Under the pieces are notes generated by a model. That model ran no database searches. It saw nothing but the letters and a program-made list of their open reading frames with translations, and was not told where the DNA came from. From the human T2T-CHM13v2.0 reference genome, Homo sapiens: DNA of 64,000 nt. Numbering within the stretch: the stretch's first letter is position 1; each line of letters opens with the position of its first letter. The position numbers were made by a program, and so were the translations under genes. Of this stretch, positions 55,751-64,000 are shown one piece after another. Where the stretch lies: the NCBI RefSeq assembly GCF_009914755.1, contig NC_060931.1; one strand, 5' to 3'.

Positions 55751-57889
55751 TAATCACTATTCAAAGCTGTTTCTCTTTGAAATTTTTCAGTAAATAGTTT
55801 TCTTTTTTCCAAACCACAGTATATGGTTTTATTTAGTTCCAGAGAGAAGACTAAACAAACAAAACAACAAAAGTTTCTATTACACTCTAAATATAAACTG
55901 AAATTTTAAATTAAAGGGATACCTGAACTAGTGACTAAAAACCAACACAAACATTCATGAGGCCAAATCCAAGAAATCCTGTATGACTTTAAAACTTCAG
56001 AGAAATAACAAAAAAATTGTAGCTCTTCTGTAATCAAAACTTCTCCTAAGAACAGCTTACTGCAAGTGGGTTGCAATCTATATTTTCAGGCCACATTTTT
56101 TAGTATCTCAGCTTCTCAGTTTACCATCTACCCACAAAGGCCAGACACAAGATTTTAAGAAATGGTTGGTAAAACAGGAGAATGAAAGCTGTCTATGGGA
56201 GTAGACAAGTTTACAAATGTGGACTCCAGAAGGTCAAGAGCAAAAATCAAATAATAAAAACAAATACATTAGTAATTAATTATTATGTATGTAATGTTTT
56301 TTTGCCTAAGCTAGAGATAATTCATTGAGAAATAAAATTTTGAGGTTTGGTCTAAAAAAACTTCAATTTTTTTTTCTCCAATTTGATCTCAGCTAGAATG
56401 CTGTTTTGCTAATTCTCTGGATGTTAACATTTCAAATACATGGTAAGATTTACATCTCCGAGAGACTGAGAAAAGACTGGAAAAAGTTAAAGTATGTATT
56501 GTAAATCCTGCAGCAATCAAACAGGCAGTTTGAACATTTAAAAGGTTTTTTTTTGAGGAAGTGAAAGAGCCCTCTTAAAATGTACTTTGAAATCTCTTAT
56601 TAGAATGTAGCCAGGCAAAACAGAAAGAAGGCCTTTCATTAAATTTCATTCTAAAACCTGCCGTTTCCAATTGTGCATGGAAATATATTAATTTAGAAAT
56701 GTCATAAGACCTTCATTTTTGTCATTGCATTTTGGGGTCATCTGAAGTCATGTCGGTACATTTACCCAGGCATTTGCAAGATGAAGCTCCATAGGTATTA
56801 TACATAAGTTCAGCTTATGTTTCTAAGGCATGTTACCTAGAAGGAAAAGAATGGTTTTGATGATCAGTTTTCCATAATTTAGAAACTTTTCAAAGGTGAT
56901 CATGGCCAGAGCAGTGTACCAGGTCTAAGTGTGCTGTGTATGAGCATCACTCCTCAAGGTGTCACCCAAGAGTTGCTGATTATAGTGCTGGGTGAGCAAT
57001 GCTTATGTTTACTTCCAGCTTAGTTAAAAGTCTCTGCAGGTGTTTTTCTTTTGGGAGGACCCTGTGAGACTGGTACAAAGCATTGAAAATCATCCTAACA
57101 CCTCTACAAAGTCTCTAGTTGCCTAGAGCACCCAAATGAGTCAGTTAAAGAAATTGCCTTTTATCTTTGGGATGAGAGAATTCACTCCCATGCACCTTTT
57201 GCTTTGAAGGTCCCAAAAAGTCAAGTTCAAATTAGAAGCAATAGAAAACAGCTGTGTTTTTTAAAGCACGTTACCTAATTTTAGAACAAAAGAAGTAAAA
57301 CCACCAGGGCTAGACTGCCAGTATTATGACCCAGATTTTCTGTCTTGAGACAGTAGCAGAGAAAGCAGTTAAAAATATTGAAATTAAAATCTCCTGACTT
57401 TAGCCAAAAATGGAAATATTTTTTCTAGAAAGTGAGGGTTGAAAAGAACAGCTCAAGCAAAGTCTTGACCTCATGAAATAGTAGGGAGATCTGAATTCAG
57501 GAGGACTCACCCCTTACACTCAACAATGTACTGGGAGCTGGAAGAATACAAGGGGTTCTCATTGACTAGTTTCTGAGTTCAAGAGGGATGTTGGATGGTT
57601 GGGGGTGTCCCTCTGAATCCTGCTCACAGCACCAGAAATATCAATCCAAAGGAAGAAGCAGGGGCAAAAAAATAAAATTTTAAAGAATTTACTTCAGCCA
57701 AGGTGAGGACAGCTGCCTGGAAGACTCAGATGCATGTTACCTAAGATATGAACTTTGGCCTTTTTAATACGGTTTATAAAGTAAGAAGCAGAATAAGTAG
57801 TCAGCCATTGTCAGGAATTCTCGTTAGTTTGCAGAAATAACATTGATTAGTGATAAGCTGTATGTTGTTGAACTACAGTCTATGAATTT

Positions 57890-58270
57890 AGCAATGAAAT
57901 AGCTGGATCATATAATTCTATGTTCTAAACATAGAAGAAGGTACATTTTATGGTTTTTTTTTTCCAAGAAATGTCCACATTGTTTTTTATAGTGGCTACA
58001 CCATTTTACATTTGCACCAGGAGTTAAAAATCATTCTAATTTCTCCCTCTTCTTTTTACCGCTTGTTCTTTTAGGGATTATGCTGTTGTTTTTCATATAA
58101 TAGCCATTCTCATGTGTGTGAAGTGGTATCTCAATATGATAGAACATCAATTTTTATATTTATTTTATAAAGTTTTATTTTTTATGCTGCCACTATGCTA
58201 AATCTTGGTATTTGTCAAATCTCTTGAGTTTCTAGGTATAGTATATCATCTACAAATAGAAATTATGTTT
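57890..58270 (-). mobile_element. Old L1M ORF2/3' fragment
   Basis: agctggatcatat...tagtggctacaccattttacatttgcaccag...tagccattct...gaagtggtatctca. Confidence 0.7.
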
Positions 58271-59299
58271 TTATTTTTTTCCTTTGGGAATCATGTTTGA
58301 TAATGCTATGTACAATATGCCAAGCACTGTTCTAAGAAGTGTTAAGATAGTAACATCAAAATACATTGTGAGCAGGAGTGAAGATACAGACATTTCTAAA
58401 ATTACGGCTGAGAATGTGACAAAAGACATCTAATAGAGAAGAAAGTTCGCTTTAAAAAGGACCTGAAACTTATTCTCACAATTAAAAAGTCAACTTTTAT
58501 AAGTTACACAGCCTCTTTGTGTCTCACAGCTCTTATTTGTGAAACAGATAATAATAACAGATTATTTATTGTTGAGTATATTAAGAGACAGAAGTAATAT
58601 CCTGACTTGAAAATTAAAATATTTATTAGTGTAATTAACTGAGATAACAGTAATAAGAATATGTCAATTATTGGAACAGATTAGATAATAGTTTAATAGG
58701 ACCATCAACATTTTAATTCTATAAAAAATGTATGTCTTTCTGTTTACTCTTTACAAAACTACTTAGTCACTCTCTATTACTTAATTACTAAAGCCTCCTA
58801 ATTCTTAGTAAGGCCTTTCTAGGGCCACCTAAACTTACAGTCTTTAACCACATTGTTTATGGATTCCCTTCTTTAGCGCCTTCTTTTTTTCCTTATCTTG
58901 CCTGGTGCAAACCACAGTTTTGCTCTGCTTTTCTGTCTTATGTGTTTGTATAAAGACATCTGCCTTTATGTAAATTCTAACCAATTACAGCTGTGACATT
59001 TTCCTCGAAACATGTAAATTCTGTGAGTTCTTTTTTATTTGAAATCTCTTGTATCTTTACCATATTATGGGCACTCATTTGAAGTAATAAATATTTTTTA
59101 AAAATACCGGATAAGAAATTTTGAAACACAGTCAACAAATATTCATAACAAATATTAAACTACAGTTGCTTATTGAGCATGAAACACTTGTGATTACATT
59201 TCAATAGGTTCCGTGCTCTCAAAGTATGTTTTAAAAATTTATTTTTTTCAATTAAACTTAAGCAGTATATTGTTTTTAAAAGTAAAACAAAAAAAATAC

Positions 59300-59750
59300 T
59301 ATTCACAATAGCAAAGACATGGAATTAACCCACATTGCTTTCAACAGTAGACTGGATAAAGAAAATGTGGTAGGTATATACCATGGAATACTATGCAGGC
59401 ATAAGAAGGAAAAAGATCATGTCCTTGACAGGGACATGGATGGAGCTGGAAGCCGCTATTCTCAGCAAACTTAACACAGGAACAGAAACCCAAACGCTGC
59501 ATGCTCTCATACTAATAAGTGGAAGCTGAATGATGAGATACATGGACACCTTGGGGGAACAACACACCCTGGGGCCTGTCAGGGGGCGGGGAAAGCATCA
59601 GGAAGAACAGCTAATGGGTGCTGAGCTTAATACATGGGTGATGGGTTGATCTGTGCAGCAAAGTACCATGACACACATTTACCTGTGTAACAAACCTGCA
59701 CATCCTGCATATGTACCCCGGAACTTAAAAGTTGATTTTTTTAAAAAAGT
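59300..59750 (+). mobile_element. L1PA (older, PA13-16-like) 3' end
   Basis: attcacaatagcaaagacatggaa...gactggataaagaaaatgtgg...aacaaacctgcacatcctgcatatgtacccc. Confidence 0.9.
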
Positions 59751-60627
59751 AAGAAAATAAATACCTAAAAGCAGGGGGTATTTGTGGTACAAAAATTCAT
59801 AGTAAACACATACAAACTATTTGAAAACATAATCTTATCTCTTAATGCAGTTATATTCTGCTTTATTACTTACATATTATAAAATATGGATTCATGGCAT
59901 AATTGTCAAAGGCTTCCATCTATTCCTACCACATATCCATTTTTGCTGATTTTGTTCATTTTCTTTTTTTGTTTTTGATTTGTTCATTTTCCAACAAAGC
60001 TGGGATAAAAACATCTTCATGCTCATGCTATAATAACTTCTCACAATATGCCCTGGGTTACTCAAAAGAAAATGGAGTTGTTTTGCTCATGTTTTTGACA
60101 CTTGAGTCAATCATCAACAAATAACATAAGAGGAGCCAAGGACATGTGCGTGCCTGTGAATCACTCAGCAAGTGTCAGGCAGGCCCCGGGCTGAAGGGAG
60201 ACTCCAGGTGTCTCAGAAAAGGGAGGTTCTGCTCTAGTGCACACAGACTGTCACACTGTAAATTGTTCTGTGATGCCATGTTTCTCCCAGGGTCAACAGG
60301 AACTGAGGACACATAGGAAGTGAGTTAAGAGGGCAGACTCCTCCCATTTAGCTACCAGTATGTGATTTTGCCCCCCCGGACACATGCACACTATATAATA
60401 ATGTGCTCACAACCCTCTTAGGACAAATCTCCATGCTCACATTTCAGCCAGATACAAGTGCCTAGAGGACTTTAGACTTATCCCTGTCCTCAGACGCTAA
60501 ATCTGTGGCAACAACCTGCTCCATCCAGTCAACTGGGCTTCTGAGTCACCTGATCATAGTCTCATCTACCTGCATAGACACAGAAATAAGCCAGAGCCTA
60601 ACCCTTTCTGAGCCACTATCTGTAGCA

Positions 60628-61275
60628 CAAATTAGTCTTTCCACTAACTCTGGACTTTCCCCTGCCCATAGGTCCTATGAAACTAAATAATTCAAAATTT
60701 AAGCTGTTTGATACTCTAAATTATTCTGGGTCTTAAAGGAATGTAAGTACAAAATCTGGGTAATATGACAGGCAGCAGTAACAAGGCAGCTGTAACCTTT
60801 GTTTTTCTGTTTATGGATTACACCTACTTCTACAGCTGCATTCTTTTGTCAGGTGTTGTCAATGGCCGAAGTGCCCCATGGAAGACCTCTTTCCCCTTCA
60901 CTATTGACTTTCGTTATAGATTAACCTCCCTCTTACCTATGGCTATTGCATTGTCTTAAGATGAAATGTTAAATACACGCTTAGGTTGAAAAGGAAAGAA
61001 AAACCAGTTGTAAAAAAAAAAAAAGTTGGAAAAATACATTGTAACCAATTAATTTTTTGTAAATCTTAAGCCAGCCTTGTATAGAAACTGTTGTAGTCTT
61101 GTTAAATTTGTTTTTCGCCTGTAGAAATAAGAACTTAACTTTCACCTATGAAGCACTCATCTTATTTCACTAGAGCTTTTGTCTCCTGGATGACTATTTC
61201 TAGCTTTTCACTTGAATAAACTCTACAATTGGATTTTGAGGCTTTATTGATTATTCAGATTATTTCAGATTAACA
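60628..61275 (+). mobile_element. ERV1-class solo LTR (LTR54/MER57-like)
   Basis: aaataattcaaaatttaagctgtt...taaattattctg...; AATAAA near 61215; ends ttaaca. Confidence 0.65.
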
Positions 61276-61469
61276 GTCCTTCATAGCATCTTTCTTCTGC
61301 CTTTACTTCCTGACTAAACCCTCTTTCATGTGAACAAATTGTACCCAATGCCACTCGTCGGGTGCCTGATTAAAATGCCTACTGGAAATCAGATGTCCAT
61401 GAGTTCAAGGTCATGGCCTTAGACTTGGCTGTTGTAAGGGCAAATACAAATTAGAAATACCAGACTTAA

Positions 61470-62035
61470 ATTATGAAACTTGAAGATAAAAAAAGACATT
61501 TTACTCTCCTTTTAAAAAATAATTTAAGAAAACTTTTATATGTAAATTTATTTTGTGTCTCTATTAAATGTATGTACATCATTTAAATAGGTAAATAGGA
61601 CTTTGTCAGCCTTTTTAACTTAGAAATGTCTTTCTCTAGGACCTGGAAACCATTGCATTGAAATGTAAATGGATTACCTTTCTGTCCTACAGTAGGTAAC
61701 TTCATAAAATATTATGAAGCCAAGGAAATCTTATTTTGCTTTTGAATATAGCCAATTTAAATTTTCATTGAATATACCCAATATACATATAGGCTTCTCA
61801 ATTACCCGGTTAATTTAAGATGAACTATATATGACAAATTATGCTGTTAAGTCTTCTACTTAAAGACTAAATATGGTGATTTTTATCTCTGCTTTTGTAA
61901 TCTCAGCAGATTGCCTATGATGGGTATCACATTGTGGTTTAATTATGTAAAAAAAAAAATTTTCTTTCTCTTGTACCATTTTAGAGTGTCTCTGAAGTTG
62001 GAGATAATTTTGTTTTTAATTATGTTTTCCAAACA
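61470..62035 (+). mobile_element. Probable ERV1-class LTR (MER92-like)
   Basis: aaatgtctttctctaggacctggaaaccattgcattgaaatgtaaat...ctcagcagattgcctatgatg. Confidence 0.5.
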
Positions 62036-62324
62036 CTGTACAGAATTACCAGACAGGATATAAACACAGGAGGTACACACAAGGCTTTAGTTCAGAGAGG
62101 CTTTTCTCTCTTTGGCTTGCCCCAAAATCTGCAGGCAGAATATTTATCTGCCTATTTTTAATACACAGTCCCTTCCAGAGCACTTCAGCCAGATTTGTAG
62201 AAAAATAGCTTCACAGCAGAGCAATCAGCCATTCCAGCCCCATCTTTCAATGCACTTGGCACCTTCAGACCTGAAAGTAATTCAAACACCATGGGACCCT
62301 GAATCCCAAATCTTTAGCCAATGG

Positions 62325-64000
62325 GCTAATGTTTTGTAAATTTTATCTTTTCAAAAAACTAACTTTTCATTATGTTTCTTCTGAATTTTTGTTTTTATAT
62401 TCATTTATTTCTGCTATAGTTTTTATTTTTTCCTTCTAATTTTGGGTTTGGTTTGCTCTTTTCTAGTTCTGTATGATATATCAATAGTTTATTTGGAGAT
62501 TTTTTTTTAACTTTTTTTGATGTAGGCACTTACTGCTATAAACCTTCTTAGTACTTCTTTCATTGTATTCATAGTTTTGTTATGTTTTCATTTTCATTTG
62601 TTTCAAGAACATTTTAAATTTTTTTCTTAAATTCCTTATTGGCCTACTAGTCATTCAGGAGCATATTTTAATTTCTCTGTGTTTGTATAGTTTCCAAAGT
62701 TTTTTCTGTTAGTGATTACTAGTTTTATTCTATTATCATCAGAGAAATTACTTGATATAATCTTATTTGGGGGGAGATTATTTTAAGAGTTATTTTGTGA
62801 CCTAGCTTATGGTCCATCCTTGAGAATAATCCAGGGGCTGAAGTGTAGCATTTGTATTCTGTAGCTTTTTGATGAAATGCTTTGTAAATTTCTATTAGGT
62901 CTATTTGGTTCATAGTGCAGATTAAGTTCAATGTTTATTTGTTGATTTTACTATCTGGATGATCTGTCTACTGTTTAAAGTCTCTGTTGCACTGGAGTTG
63001 ATCTCTCTCTCTTTAGCTCTAATATTTGCTTCATATATCTGAGTTCTCCAATGTTAGGTGCATATAAATTTGCAGTTGTTGTATTTTCTTGCTGAATTGG
63101 CCACTTTATTATAATAACTTTGGTTGTCTCTTTTTATAGTTTTTGTCTTAAAGTCTGTTTTGTTTACCGTAGCTATTCCTCCTCTTTTTTGTTTCCATTT
63201 GCATGAAATATCTTTTTCTATCCCTTTATTTTCAGTCTTTCTGTGTCTTCATAGGTGAAGTGTGTGTCTTGTAAGAAACAAATTGTCGGGTCTTGGGTTT
63301 TTTGTTTGTTTGTTTGTTTGTTTTAACTCACTTGGCCAATTTGTGTCTTTTGATTGGGGAGTTAATTTATATTCAGTGTTGTTATTAATAAATAAAGACT
63401 TACACCTGCCATTCTGTTATCTGCTTTCTTGCTGTTTTGTGGTCTTTTCTCTCTCCTTTTCGCTCTCCCATTCATCCTTTCTTTTAGTAAAGATGATTTT
63501 TTCTAGTGGTACGTTTTAATTTTTAGATTTTATGTATGTGTGTCTATTACAGGTTTTTTATTTGAGGTTACCATGAGGCTTGCAAATAACATCTTATAAC
63601 CCATTATTTTAAACGGATGGCAACTTAACACATATTGTAAAAATGAACAAACAAGAAAGCAAAGAGAAAACTAATAAAAGCTACAGTTTATCTCCCAACT
63701 TTTTAACATTTTATTGTTTGTATTTATATCTTATACTGTCTATGTCTTAAACTTGTTGTGGTTAGTATTTTTAATAACTATAACTGCCTCAAAAGTAGAA
63801 ATATGAGTTATGGCCTTAAGGAGGTAGAGAAAGAGTTATTACTTTTCATAATTACAAGTAGTTATAGACTAATCTTTTAGTCTTCTCAAAATATGAATAG
63901 TTTACACACCACATTTATAGTACTAAAAATTTTGTCTTTGTCTGTGTCCTTCATATTACCAGTGAGTTTTGTACCACATGTTTTCTTATTGCTCATTAAT
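62325..64000 (-). mobile_element. LINE-1 (L1PB/L1MA-type) fragment with ORF2 endonuclease remnant
   Basis: ORF 62725-62931 (-) NQIDLIEIYKAFHQKATEY...FSRMDHKLGHK matches the L1 ORF2 EN domain. Confidence 0.9.

Noticed and set aside
57615-57634. tRNA-Ser-like sequence as a tRNA gene
   Set aside because: Only the 3' 20 nt including CCA, adjacent to an LTR end: a retroviral primer-binding site

Overview
Primate (almost certainly human) genomic DNA from a ZNF91-subfamily KRAB zinc-finger gene cluster, most likely the ZNF679-ZNF736 interval of chr7q11.21 (assigned from recalled protein sequence and gene order, not a database search). From left to right: the terminal C2H2 exon of a + strand KRAB-ZNF gene (1778-2751) with a tail of fossil finger repeats; a near-complete THE1D MaLR element; a decayed V1R pheromone-receptor pseudogene (~9.4-9.85 kb); a MER11/HML-8 5' LTR with PBS, leader and gag start; a ~19.6-kb diverged, hierarchically organised beta-satellite block (17.5-37.1 kb); an Alu-dense stretch; and a CpG promoter built from a triplicated cassette of inverted ZNF143-type ACTACAnnTCCC motifs (42.6-43.4 kb). 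Next come a scrambled, intron-containing RGL4/RalGDS-like pseudogene (46.5-49.5 kb) with an internal inversion and a duplicated exon, then the promoter and ATG-ending exon 1 of a second KRAB-ZNF gene. Its intron 1 fills the rest of the window with ERV1/MaLR/L1/Alu remnants, including an ERV with a tRNA-Ser PBS and an env remnant. The most unexpected signal is the RGL4-like exon set, which the ORF track mostly misses. No prokaryotic system, CRISPR array or new intact protein-coding gene is supported.
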